Origin: Octopus vulgaris
Taxonomy: Eukaryota
DNA: 64,000 bases
Direction: 5' to 3'
Assembly: GCA_951406725.2 (NCBI GenBank)
Contig: OX597836.1
Coordinates: forward strand, 22,816,001-22,880,000
Position numbers and translations under genes: made by a program. Shown one piece after another: positions 24,827-35,261 of this stretch; position 1 is the first letter of the stretch; the number at the start of each line of letters is the position of its first letter. The notes under the pieces were generated by a model. That model ran no database searches, was not told the DNA's origin, and saw nothing but the letters and a program-made list of their open reading frames with translations.

Positions 24827-26590
24827 GTTTGTGTGTCTGTGTTTGTCCCCCTAGCATTGTCCCCCTAGCATTGCTTGACAACCGATGCTGGTGTGTTTAC
24901 GTCCCCGTGACTGAAACAAGTAAAAGAGTAAAGAGTAAGAGTAATGAAATACGAAAAAAACAAAAAAAAAACAGTTAAAATAAACGATTTTATGAATGTT
25001 TAATTAAATAAGCAGTAGAGAGGAGGCGTAATAAAAGATTGCTGGGGAAAGTGCAAGGAATAGGTGGGTGGGAGGAGATGTTAAAATATTAAATGTTTTG
25101 AACAAAAAATTATTTCCCAGAAGGAAACATCCGTCCAACTCCTTGACGTTCCAAAAGTCTGCTGATCAGAGTTTGGAGACAGATCAAATACTAAAAAAAT
25201 TACTGATTTATCTGTGGAGCAGTAAAAATTTTGTCTGGGAGACTCCCGTGAGTCTAATAACCAATCATTTCTCTATGTGGTCATTGCCTGCCTAAAGTAG
25301 GAACCAAATATCCTTCAAATAACACCCTACATCATTAAAAAATAAAAGTAGTAAACACTGAATAAATCTAGTGCTTGATATAGAATGTAGTATTTCAGAA
25401 CATGAAATAATCATCAGGGTTGGTTATGGTTGGAACGTCTTTGACGATCGATTTGTCTGATCAGGGCTAAACAAAATAACAACAGCTACAAGAAATACGA
25501 CGTGGGTGTTTTTAAGTAGGCGATTGATCTGCCAGAGAGAGCAGCCAAACCCATCCCTGTTGTCACAAATGAGAAAAAAGACTACATTGAACAAAACAGT
25601 TCTAGATATAATAAGAACCGAGAAAAAAAAAGTAAAAAAGAGGTGAGGTTAGAGAGGCATGGCTGTAACACCCTTTACTTGTTTTATTATGTATTTTCAT
25701 TTATATATTATAAAAAAGAAGACCGGAAGAGTTGGGAAATTAACCGTGGTGACTGAGTTCATTAAAAGCAAAGGTCGGTAAAGTGCGCAATATTGAACCC
25801 CAGTGGGGAAGGTCTGTGTGGCTATCCAATAGATCGATAAACACTCGGAATAATTTTAAGCATTAAGGGTACTGAATTATTTAACAAACAGAATCAAGAA
25901 GATAGTGGGTAATTTAACTAATTTCCACCCAATTATCGATACAACAATAATTAGTTTTCACCAAATATTTCACATTAAATATTCCAACTTTTATTGTTCT
26001 TTATCAATTTCGTCAAATATTTTCAGTAAATTTCTTTAAATATTTATTAATTATATTTCTTTACTACCCACAAGGGGCTAAACACAGAGGGGACAAACAA
26101 GGACAGACAAACGGATTAAGTCGATTACATCGACCCCATTGCGTAACTGGTACTTAATTTATCGACCCCGAAAGGATGAAAGGCAAAGTCGGATACAAAA
26201 GAACAAAGGAATTAATGTTTTTAAATAAAGGAATTTTTTTATTAATTATACTTTTTCATTTTATTTTAGAAATTTACTTGATGGGGATCGAGACCTGAGA
26301 TGAAACAAAAGGGGGGGGGATCAAGTTATAGTAAAATAATAATTAATAAATTGTAAGTTAGGCACTCACTTGTAGAAGTTCGCCTCAATAGCGTTCAGAA
26401 TGGCAAGCCGTGTGTTGGCAGTGAACAGGTAACATTTGAGCACACAGTCACTACAGAAGCCGGCGGATTCCTGATTCGAAGAAACCGATGTCTTAGAAGG
26501 GATTGAGTTGACTGTAGTGGATTCATCAATGGGTGGTTTCTCTGAAGGCGTCTCGGTTGACTCCGTTTGCTGGCTATCAACAGGACCCAT
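499..26590 (-). CDS. Patched domain-containing protein (PTCHD3/Ptr-like, SSD/RND family), N-terminal 427 aa in 9 exons; gene continues beyond position 1
   Basis: Joined exons 26370-26590, 16814-17081, 14397-14467, 11895-12011, 8802-8904, 6444-6526, 3058-3178, 1965-2088, 499-671 give 1281 nt of open frame. All junctions are GT-AG with matching phases. The protein has TM1 ([20 protein letters not shown]), a luminal loop and SSD motifs [13 protein letters not shown] and [21 protein letters not shown]. Exact orthology is not established, so no symbol is given. Confidence 0.9.
940..1500 (-). mobile_element. Penelope-like element RT/thumb remnant
   Basis: Frameshifted motifs [37 protein letters not shown]; contains a 45-bp tandem duplication (1067-1170). 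Confidence 0.7.
1965..2088 (-). CDS. Patched-domain gene coding exon 8 ([42 protein letters not shown])
   Basis: Acceptor tttattccag|, donor G|gtaagt, 124 nt, phase 0 to 1. Confidence 0.92.
3058..3178 (-). CDS. Patched-domain gene coding exon 7 ([40 protein letters not shown])
   Basis: Acceptor ttccctttcag|, donor AAG|gtatgt, 121 nt, phase 2 to 0; first SSD helix. Confidence 0.92.
3590..3700 (-). ncRNA. Minimal (Penelope-type) hammerhead ribozyme motif with extended stem II
   Basis: Minus strand reads UCU-CUGAAGA-GGC..(long hairpin)..GCC-GAAAC-AGCU-GUC-AGA: complete core, palindromic stem III, 3-bp stem I. Confidence 0.7.
4153..4451 (+). mobile_element. tRNA-derived SINE family B (representative)
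   Basis: Head ggaggcgcaatggcccagtggttaggg..gattccc. Related copies at about 706, 7185, 18285, 20363, 30440, 32688, 40370, 62868 with interchangeable 3' halves. Confidence 0.88.
4645..6012 (-). mobile_element. 5'-truncated, decayed RTE-clade LINE (RT plus 3' end)
   Basis: [37 protein letters not shown]; continuous with the (GAT)n-type 3' end seen in many short copies. Confidence 0.85.
6444..6526 (-). CDS. Patched-domain gene coding exon 6 ([28 protein letters not shown])
   Basis: Acceptor caccttttag|, donor TA|gtaagt, 83 nt, phase 0 to 2. Confidence 0.85.
6598..7155 (+). mobile_element. R4/Dong-type non-LTR retrotransposon C-terminus (zinc knuckle plus restriction-like endonuclease), decayed
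   Basis: [66 protein letters not shown]. Confidence 0.8.
8802..8904 (-). CDS. Patched-domain gene coding exon 5 ([34 protein letters not shown])
   Basis: Acceptor attctttgcag|, donor TAT|gtaagt, 103 nt, phase 2 to 0. Confidence 0.85.
9140..9870 (+). mobile_element. R4/Dong-type non-LTR retrotransposon C-terminus, decayed
   Basis: [61 protein letters not shown]. Confidence 0.8.
10864..10956 (-). ncRNA. Degenerate hammerhead ribozyme motif
   Basis: CUGACGA-AUUU..UUACAUGUU/AACAUGUAA hairpin..AAAC-GAAAC-AUGU-GUA; mismatch at the base of stem II. Confidence 0.5.
11454..11870 (+). mobile_element. 5'-truncated RTE-clade LINE with TSD
   Basis: [34 protein letters not shown], (GAT)n tail, 11-bp TSD atggtaaaata at 11443 and 11871. 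Confidence 0.9.
11895..12011 (-). CDS. Patched-domain gene coding exon 4 ([38 protein letters not shown])
   Basis: Acceptor cttttccaatag|, donor AA|gtaagt, 117 nt, phase 2 to 2. Confidence 0.87.
12685..14158 (-). mobile_element. RTE-clade LINE 3' fragments (duplicated end) containing a minisatellite
   Basis: [14 protein letters not shown]..; [12 protein letters not shown] terminus; homologous to 4920-5600. Confidence 0.8.
12799..13322. repeat. 42-bp minisatellite, about 12.5 copies
   Basis: Unit tgaggcccaatgctcaaaaggaactcagccactttgcctctg. Confidence 0.95.
14397..14467 (-). CDS. Patched-domain gene coding exon 3 ([24 protein letters not shown])
   Basis: Acceptor gtcctttacag|, donor TG|gtaagt, 71 nt, phase 0 to 2. 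Confidence 0.85.
16814..17081 (-). CDS. Patched-domain gene coding exon 2 (TM1; [14 protein letters not shown]...LSPQSLLK)
   Basis: Acceptor ttctgttccag|, donor AAG|gtaaga, 268 nt, phase 2 to 0. Confidence 0.92.
17456..17862 (+). mobile_element. tRNA-derived SINE family A (representative full copy)
   Basis: A/B-box-like head ggagtggctgtgtggt..ggttcagtccc, internal microsatellite, tail cagcatggccacagtcaaatgactgaaac. Other copies at about 7490, 18880-19400, 22441-22847, 24482, 28541, 31090, 33270, 39850, 48440, 49512, 50225, 54310, 61170. Confidence 0.9.
19076..19376. mobile_element. Solo LTR inserted in a SINE
   Basis: TGT...ACA termini, 5-bp TSD tccac/accac (1 mismatch), GC/CpG-rich, interrupts the SINE sequence cttaccacacag. 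Confidence 0.75.
19645..19960 (-). ncRNA. Hammerhead ribozyme motif split by a SINE insertion
   Basis: CUGAUGA at 19951-19957 and GAAACAGCUGUA at 19648-19659; SINE inserted in stem II with TSD tatggagtattct. Confidence 0.5.
19707..19936 (-). mobile_element. SINE family C (representative, with 13-bp TSD)
   Basis: ggcgaactggcagaa..gttctgagttca..gtcgactttgcctttcatcc. Other copies at about 8160, 18648, 26055, 29985, 46772, 55397, 62100. Confidence 0.88.
20790..21290 (-). mobile_element. Penelope-like element RT/thumb remnant
   Basis: [67 protein letters not shown]. Confidence 0.8.
21625..22198. repeat. About 115-bp tandem repeat x5 at the left edge of the Gypsy fragment
   Basis: Unit ...gcaacatggagtaagataggcaggccattgtataaaaaaactactaggatagcc..ttcttgggc repeated five times. 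Confidence 0.95.
21643..23385 (+). mobile_element. Ty3/Gypsy pol fragment (end of protease plus RT), interrupted by a SINE and truncated by a MITE
   Basis: [68 protein letters not shown]; in-frame stop at about 23226. Confidence 0.9.
22441..22847 (-). mobile_element. SINE family A copy inserted in Gypsy pol
   Basis: Removing it restores ...[17 protein letters not shown]. Confidence 0.9.
23386..24000. mobile_element. Foldback non-autonomous DNA transposon, GGATCTTTTC termini
   Basis: The whole element is an imperfect inverted repeat; flanking duplication gaatcaa(g); internal CCCTAA/TTAGGG repeats. Confidence 0.85.
26370..26590 (-). CDS. Patched-domain gene coding exon 1 (MGPVDSQ...AIEANFYK)
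   Basis: ATG at 26590 with an in-frame TGA 18 nt upstream; donor AA|gtgagt; phase 2 joins exon 2 to give FYKLG. Confidence 0.85.
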
Positions 26591-28450
26591 TGATAACGAT
26601 GCCAGTCAGATGACGATAAAGCCCACGGACAGATGAACGTGAATAAATAAAGACGCAGTTATTATTATTTTTTTTTTGTTTTCCTCCTACTACTTTATGA
26701 GGTCAAAGAGGAAAGAAAATAATCAAATAGAAGGAAATGAAACAAAATAACAAGAAAGTACGAGGATAAAATAAAAAAAAAAACAGATTGATAAATAAAT
26801 AAAATACAGGGGGATTTGAAGATAGAAACCCGCGCTGATGTTGGACCAATAACTTGGTAATATTTAGTTGTTGGTTCAGCTGTTTAGTACAGCGTAGTGT
26901 CCTTTCTGAATGTCCTGAACTTTACTTGTCTTGCTAGTTTCATTTCATCGCTTTCTAATGGTGTGGAGGAGAGAGAAGAAGAAAGACCCATTGCTCCGTT
27001 GCAGTTTAAGAGTGATTTTGGTGCTTTTCAAGATCGCTTTGGTCCTTTGTTTCTGTGAGGGAGGATCACATAGATCTTTCGCGGTTGTTCGGCCCTCCAA
27101 AGAGAGAAGAGGAGGTTCCTTGTTAGTTTCGGGTTTTTGTTTCTTTCGGTCGCTCTCGCAGAAACTATTTCATTGCTTTTGTCGGACACACCTAGGAGAA
27201 TGAATAATAAGACAACGATGGTGAGGGTAACAAAGGTGATGCTTTTTATGGCGACTGTTAAAGCAATGGATGGTGAAACGTTTTTGGAGATGAAAAAAAA
27301 GTTTGCTTGGCACTGAAAACTCTATCTATCTATCTATCTATCTATCAATTAATCTCTCTTGTTCTCTTTTCTTTTCCATTGTCTGAGGTTTCGCGTCCGT
27401 ACCACCGTTCCTCAACTTGACGGTTTTCTTAATGTCTGTTAAGGGCGATGTGATGTACTCTTTACGTTTACACACGAAGGCAAACTATAGCTCTAACAAA
27501 CACACGTGTATGTTTGTATGTGTGTGAGTATACGGACTTTTTATGCGTGTGTGTGTGTGTAAAAGTTTTGTATAGAGGTTTTCCGTATTTCAAACCCGGT
27601 GTACTTTTCGTTTTACTTCTTACGTAAGTACATGTCTATTGTACGTGTATGTTTATGTCAAGGTGTGTGGATGTGGATGTATGTATGACTAAAGCTATGT
27701 GTGGGTTTAAAAATACGCTCTTCCTTAGTGTGTTCTGGCGCTGTGTCTTTGTACTCGTGTCCGTCCCGTCTTTCGTTGATTTTTTGCTGTATTTTTTTCC
27801 CCGTGAATCCCTTTTGTCACACACCAAAAAAAAAAAAGGAAAAACATCAATGTCGACGACAAGAAACCGACAACATATCTCCCTCACTCACTCACTCTTC
27901 TCTCTCTCTCTCACGCACGCACACACAAACACAATCAATCTCTCACTGTCACATTCACACACTCCCTCTCTCTCACGCGTGTGCTCTCGCTCGTTCATTC
28001 TCTCCGTTTCTCGCCCCTCTCTCTCTATCTATCTGTCTATCTACATCATATTAAAAACCAAAACTTGTCCATCCTCCCTCCCCCTCTCTCTCTATTATCC
28101 CTTCTTCTCATTATTCTTCATGCTGTAACTGCCTTTCTCTAACCGGTTCCCGTCTTCCTTCTTCCTCCACCATCACATCCTACAGGTGGTTTACGGACTC
28201 TCCTCCTCCTCTCCCCCTTTCGTTATTGTCACACTCTTTTTTCTGTTGTTGACTCCGCCCACACTTCATGTACGTCACTCTTTCTTCTCTTTCTCTCTCC
28301 ACCCCCCGTCACTTTCTCACCTCTCTCTTCCCTCTACTCACTATTATATCCTTTTACGTTTCTATCCCTCCTCCCCTCTTCTATAACTTTCATCTCTTTT
28401 TCTTTTCTCTCTCGTCTGCTATCACGTTTTATCGTCTTGCAAAAGAACAC
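26591..28450 (-). promoter_or_regulatory. Probable long 5' UTR and promoter of the Patched-domain gene
   Basis: TE-free, visibly CpG-retaining segment with GA/GT-rich tracts directly upstream of the ATG; no splice acceptor close to the ATG. TSS not determinable. Confidence 0.5.
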
Positions 28451-28758
28451 ACCCGAGACATATTGCATGCATGCATGCATGCATACATACATACATACAT
28501 ACAAGAGAATACTTAGGCTGAACTATTGAGAAATCTGCAGTTACTCTTTTACTTGTTTCAGTCATTTGACTGCGGCCATGCTGGAGCACCGCCTTTAATC
28601 GAGCAACTCGACCCCGGGACTTATTCTTTTGTAAGCCCAGTACTTATTCTATCGGTCTCTTTTGCCGAACCGCTAAGTGACGGGGACATAAACACACCAG
28701 CATCGGTTGTCAAGCCATGCTAGAGGGACAAACACAGACACGCAAACACACACACATA

Positions 28759-28792
<34 letters not shown>

Positions 28793-28957
28793 TACGACGG
28801 GCTTCTTTCAGTTTTCCGCCTGCCAAATCCACTCACAAGGCTTTGGTCGGCCCGAGGCTATAGTAGAAGACACTTGCCCAAGGTGCCACGCAGTGGGACT
28901 GAACCTGGAACCATGTGGTTGGTAAACAAGCTACTTACCACACAGCCACTCCTGCGC

Positions 28958-29155
28958 CATTCTATCCAGATTACAAGTTCAGGTTTATAGCTGGAATTAT
29001 TGGGACCCTGAGATGTCTAACACACAGCCTAAATACCAATCTTGAGAAATTATGCTTCTCAAAACCAGAAATCAGAAAGATAATTCGAAGACTACAGATC
29101 CAATCCATCACTGGATCTGTAAAAATTCTGTAAAACTTTCCAGAAGTTTATTATT
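28958..29155 (+). mobile_element. RLE-type non-LTR retrotransposon extreme C-terminus
   Basis: YPDYKFRFIAGIIGTL..RRLQIQSITGSVKI/CKTF. Confidence 0.65.
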
Positions 29156-29367
29156 TAAGTAAATATATGTGAGCATGTCTAGATATGCAACTATATGCAT
29201 GAGAATACTTACATACATACATACATGAATTTCTGCCATTTTGGGGTTTTCCTGGTATCTGAGCTAGTTAGCAATCAGCTCCTTTTGCTATCATTCTGAG
29301 GGCACCTGTGACAACAGGTATTGTTTTAGTCTTCAGGTTCCATATTTTTATTATTATTATTATTATT

Positions 29368-29828
29368 GAGTGAGAGAGCAGTTCATGCCATCAAAGTGAC
29401 ACTGGGGTAAAATATACGAAGCCCAATATACCCATCATGACTACCCGTCTGATAAAGGTACACCAGGCACATGCATCACAACCATATGTGCGCGACATGG
29501 TGATCTCATATCAAGATAAACAGCACATGACCTTGCAGGTGGGGCCCAGTTAGAATTTTCTTCAGGTTGAGTAGCCCATCCCGCTCAAACGGTCCCTGAA
29601 TAAGGGTTGCTTAAGGATGTTGAAAGAACCACCCATGTTTCCAGAGGTGAACTATTCAAACCCCAAAGAATCCCTCTCAACACATGGCTATGATGCTCCC
29701 CCACTACTTCTGCTCGTGATCAGAGATGCACATATCGTCAGCCACTAAGGGACATGCTCAACTGGTTAAGGTCAAACAACTGACAAGCAAATCTGTGGTA
29801 TTGAGCAGAATATTTGCTGTAGCCCATC

Positions 29829-29832
<4 letters not shown>
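29368..29832 (-). mobile_element. Non-coding interspersed element inside (TAA)n, copy 1
   Basis: Highly similar to 55632-56188; (ATT)n on both sides. Confidence 0.8.
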
Positions 29833-29870
<38 letters not shown>

Positions 29871-29877
29871 CATCATT

Positions 29878-29924
<47 letters not shown>

Positions 29925-31449
29925 CATCATCATTATTATTATTATTATTATCATTATTATCATCATCATCATCATCATCAAAGCAACGAGCTGGTAGAAT
30001 TGTTGATGTACCAGGTAAAATGCTTAACGGTATTTCATCCAACTTTATATTCTGAGTTCAAATGCTGCTGGGGTCGACTTTGCCTTTCATCCTTTTGGGG
30101 TCAATAAAATAAGTACCAATGAGTCACTGCGGTCAATATAAGCGATTAGTTACCTCCCCCAAGATTTCAGGCCTTGTGGCCTTTAATAGAAAGGATCATC
30201 ATCATCGTCATCATCATTATTGTTTGCTTTTCTGTCTGTAGCAAATGAAACATGTATAATGGTGAATAAATAATACCAAAAGCATTTTCTAACTTCTTGT
30301 TTTGTTATGTGAAAACTCTATAAACAATATTTCCAGAATTTTCAATTCTAATGTGTAGCTCACATCAATACAACAACATCAACTACATACTGGATTATAA
30401 TATATATACATATATGTATGTGTATATATATCATGTGATCATGTGACCGACCAGACCATCAGATGTTGTTACACATTGCTAGTCACAATGCGTTCGCATT
30501 GTTTTAGCCTTCAAATGGCGCCACCCCGCTGGCTAAGCGAGCAGGCCAACAGAAGAAAGAGTGGTGAAAGAGTACAGCAGGGATCACCACCTCCTGCCGG
30601 AGCCTCGTGGAGCTTTTAGGTGTTTTCGCTCAATAAACACTCACAACGCCCGGTCTGGGAATCGAAACTGCGATCCTATGGCCGCGAGTCCGCTGCCCTA
30701 ACCACTGGGCCATTGCGCCTCCACATCATCATCATCATCATCATCATCGTTTAACGTCTGCTTTCCATGCTAGCATGGGTTGGACGGTTCAACTGGGGTC
30801 TGGGGAGCCCGAAGGCTGCACCAGGCCAGTCAGATCTGGCAGTGTATCTACAGCTGGATGCCCTTCCTAACGCCAACCACTCCGAGAGTGTAGTGGGTGA
30901 TTTTATGTGCCACCGACACAGGTGCCAGACGAGGCTGGCAAACGGCCACGCTCGGATGGTGTTTTTTATGTGCCACCGACACAGGTGCCAGACGAGGCTG
31001 GCAGACAGCCACGCTCGGATGGTGTTTTTTATGTGCCACCGACACAGGTGCCAGATGAGGCTGTGTATATATATATACATATATATATCTTTTATTTGTT
31101 TTCAGTCATTAGGCTGCTGCCATGCTGGGGTACTGCCTTGAAAAACTTTTAGTCAAATGAATTGAACCCACTACTTATTTTTTTAAAGCCTGGTACTTAT
31201 TCTATCAGTCTCTTTTGCTGAACTTCTAATTTAGGGGCATGTAAACACACCAACACCAGTTGTCAAACAGTGGTGGAGAACATCAAATACATGAACATAC
31301 ACACACATATATATATATGACAGGCTTTTTTCAGTTTCCATCTGCCAAATTTACTCCCAACACTTTGGTTGGCCTGATGCCATAGAACGAGAAACATGCC
31401 CAAGGTGTCATCAGGCTCTTACTCCCGGATTTTACTATTTTTGTCATGT

Positions 31450-32463
31450 AAAATGTGTCACTTCACTTTCCTGGAGGCTTTCTGACAAGTCCCCACTTAT
31501 TAGAAAGTGAAACGTCCTATGTTACACAACGAAAACAGTGAAGTTTTGGTGTGGGGTAAGAGTCTGATGCTTTGGGGATACATGAAAAGTGATGGTTCAA
31601 GATAGTTGGTTAAAACTGATGGTAACTTGAATAGAGCCAAATACTTCCAGTTACTGAAAGACAGTTTGATACCAGACTTGGTCGAAGGAAAGATTTTTCA
31701 GCATTGCAGAGCTCCATGATACAAATCGCATATGACACAACAGAGCTCCATGATACAAATCGCATATGACACAACAGAGCTCCATGATACAAATCGCATA
31801 TGACACAACAGAGCTCCATGATACAAATCGCATATGACACAACAGAGCTCCATGATACAAATCGCATATGACACAACAGAGCTCCATGATACAAATCGCA
31901 TATGACACAACAGAGCTCCATGATACAAATCGCATATGACACAACAGAGCTCCATGATACAAATCGCATATGACACAACAGAGCTCCATGATACAAATCG
32001 CATATGACACAACAGAGCTCCATGATACAAATCGCATATGACACAACAGAGCTCCATGATACAAATCGCATATGACACAACAGAGTTTGGCTGATGGTGT
32101 CACCATTTTGAAAGATTGGCCAGTTCAGAGCCCTCACTTAAATATCATCGAGCAAATGTGGACAGAACTAAAGAGAAGAGTTTGTCAGAAGAATCCACGC
32201 AATCTTGAAGAGTTGTGGGAACTCAGCCACAGAGAATGGCATCTCATACCTGTGAAAATGGCAAAGGATTTGTACGCATCTCTTCCCAGGTGCACTGAAG
32301 CAATTATCCAAGCTAAGGGAAGCCACACAAAATATTAAACAATTTACAGTAACTTCTTGATATGAACATTATGTAATAAATTTTCATTGTAGACATTTTT
32401 CTGTTTTAAACTACTGTATCTTGACTTGTTTATGTGAGGTGGCTGAAAACTTTTGTACAGCCA
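31450..32463 (+). mobile_element. Tc1-family transposon right half (DDE transposase remnant plus TIR)
   Basis: MLWGYM..GNLNRAKY..WPVQSPHLNIIEQMWTELKRRV..AIIQAKGSHTKY*, followed by TIR-like gctgaaaacttttgtacag. Confidence 0.9.
31707..32085. repeat. Perfect 34-bp tandem array x11
   Basis: cagagctccatgatacaaatcgcatatgacacaa x11 followed by cagag. Confidence 0.97.
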
Positions 32464-33859
32464 TTTTTGGTAGTTGTCTCACATCTTCCCTTCTCATTCA
32501 GAACTCCTTCTACAAAATAAGTATTAGGTATGGAAGTGACTCCAACAGGGCCAATGTTTCATCCGTAAAAAACGCAGTGCAAAACGTTAATTTATAAGTT
32601 GGCAATTAGAAGAAATTTACAACAGTTTAAAGTGGCCGAAAACTTCTGCATAGTACTTTATATAAGTATATAATATATATTATGTGTGAAGGCACATGGC
32701 TCAGTGGTAAGAGCGTCGAGCTTACGATCATGAGGTTGTGAGTTTGATTCCTGGACCAGGCTGCATGTTGTGTTCTTGAGCAAGACACTTAATTTCACAT
32801 TGCTCCAGTTAACTCAGCTGTAGAAATGAGTTCCGACATCATTGGTGCCAAGCTGTATCGGCTTTTGCCTTTCCCTTGGATAACATCAGTGGTGTGGAGA
32901 AGGGAGGCTGGTATGCATGGGCGACTGCTGGCCTTCCATAAACAACCTTGCCCAGACTTGTGCCTCGGAGGATAACTTTCTAGGTGCAATCCTATGGTCA
33001 TTCATGACCGAAGGGGGTCTCCTCATATATTATGTATACATACATACATACATACATATACATAAATACATACATACATACATACATACATACATACATA
33101 CATACATACATACATACACACACACATACATACATACATACATAAATACACACATACATACCATTATGTGGGACCACAAAGAAGAGATATGTTCTGTTGT
33201 GGAAAACAACTGCCCCTTGGACACAAATATGGTCAGTACAATACAAGAGAAGAAAGACATTTATGACCATTACTCTTTACTGTCTTTTACTTGTTTCAGT
33301 CATTTAACTGTGGCCATGCTGGAGCAACGCCTTTAGTTGAGCAAATCGACCCCAGGACTTATTCTTTGTAAGCCTAGTACTTATTCTATTGGTCTCTTTT
33401 GCCGAACCACTAAGTTACAGGGACATAAACACACCAGCATCGGTTGTCAAGCGACGTTGGGGGTGGACAAACACAGACACACAAACGAAATCCACTCACA
33501 AGGCTTTGATCAGCCTTAAGATGCCACACAGTTGGACTGAACACGGAATCATGTGGTGAGGAAGAAGCTTCTTATCACTCTACACCTAGTCAAAATATGG
33601 AGGTAGAATATAAATGAAATCATTTTAAATACAGTATGAAATCTATAGATACCTTTATTATTAAGACGACCAAAAAATCGATCTGCACATTTTCATTTGT
33701 GGTATGACACATTGGAAACCTCTCTTCCTTCTCCGCATCCTTTTCTGTGGCAATGCGAGTCCGGATTAGTCCAGATTTGGACAATATCAATGTCCAAAAC
33801 TGTCCTTCTGGGCTTTGCAGAGCAAGGGCCTGAAACACATTATATTTATAAATACATAT

Positions 33860-33938
<79 letters not shown>

Positions 33939-34059
33939 CAACAATTGAGGGTAAAATTAATTAATTATTAATCAATTTCACCAAGTGTTCATATGCAAAG
34001 GGACCATTTAAGGCGAATTCAGTATGCAAAGTATTTATTTTACTATATATAATGTAATA

Positions 34060-34121
<62 letters not shown>

Positions 34122-34356
34122 TTAATGTAGGATAAAATTTTTCTAAAAAAAATTTTATCAATGGCCAGCATATTAAAAAATACCTCTAAAGGTTAAAATT
34201 ATAAACAACTTATAAATAAGGGCAAATGAAAATATTTATAATGCCAAATATGCCAAAAATTGGACATATTGTCCATTTACCATATAATTTTTTTCCCAGT
34301 ACGCACGCTACTCGAAAAAGGTCGATAGAAATCTCTAAAAAATTCCATTATTACCA

Positions 34357-34410
34357 TATCGGACCGATTTCAGGGTTAGTTCAAAAAGAACCCTCCCTTC
34401 GTCAGTGATA
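34357..34410 (-). ncRNA. Minimal hammerhead ribozyme motif
   Basis: UAUCA-CUGACGA-AGGG..CCCU-GAAAU-CG-GUC-CGAUA; 4-bp stem II base, near-palindromic stem III. Confidence 0.6.
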
Positions 34411-34836
34411 CATGTGGCAAAAGAAATAAATGAGATACTTACTCATACCCATGGAAGAAGCAAACACTAAGTCATGAGCACAACTAAGTACCCCAAATAA
34501 ATCCAAAATAGAAATACTCCAGCCCATTCAGGACACGTGCTATTCGAACTGAGGCACTCACAGAGTGGGAGAGTCCGGAAGTGAACACTAAATATCCTAC
34601 ATTAGATATATATATATATATATATACTAGCAGAGAAACCTGGCATTGCTTGGGATTCAAATGGTATAGTTGTTTATTTTGTACCTGTTTCGGTCATGTG
34701 ACTGCAGCTATGCTGGGGCACTGCATTTAGTCAAAGAAAGCGACCCCAGGATTTATTCTTTCTAAGCTTGGTACTTATTCTACTGGTGTGTTTTGTCAAA
34801 TGGCTGAGTGACGGGGATGCAACCATAGCAACATCT

Positions 34837-34877
<41 letters not shown>

Positions 34878-35261
34878 TGTGTGTGTGTGCGTGTATATAT
34901 ATATGTGTGTGTATGTTCACTATTTTACCCCTTGTTCTGCTCTAACAACCCTTCATGTTTGTTTTCATTAGGTTTCCTTGTATATACCCACAGTCCTGTT
35001 TCTGTTCCCTACTTTGACCCTCCATAAAATCCAAAATGTATTCTGGAAGTTATGGGTGCAACTGTCTTCGAAGAGACTCATCTTGCCGTTGGATGCTCAA
35101 AATGAAGAGTAGACAGACAGCTGACAACTGATGAAGGGTCATTGTACGTGTTACTTGTCTTGTTTCCATTTTTTTCTCTTATTATTTGTGTAATTAATTA
35201 TCTTGCTTGCTTTCGTGCTTCATATATATATATATGTATGCATATATATTATATATCACAC

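Noticed and set aside
31610-32137. Repetitive ORFs / CRISPR-like 34-bp repeats
   Set aside because: Head-to-tail tandem array with no spacers, inside a Tc1 remnant.
33653-33829. Candidate minus-strand exon (tttcag|...AAG|gtatct, one open frame)
   Set aside because: No recognisable protein and a weak donor; exon 1 already has an upstream in-frame stop; the plus strand weakly resembles an L1/Tx1 C-terminal remnant.
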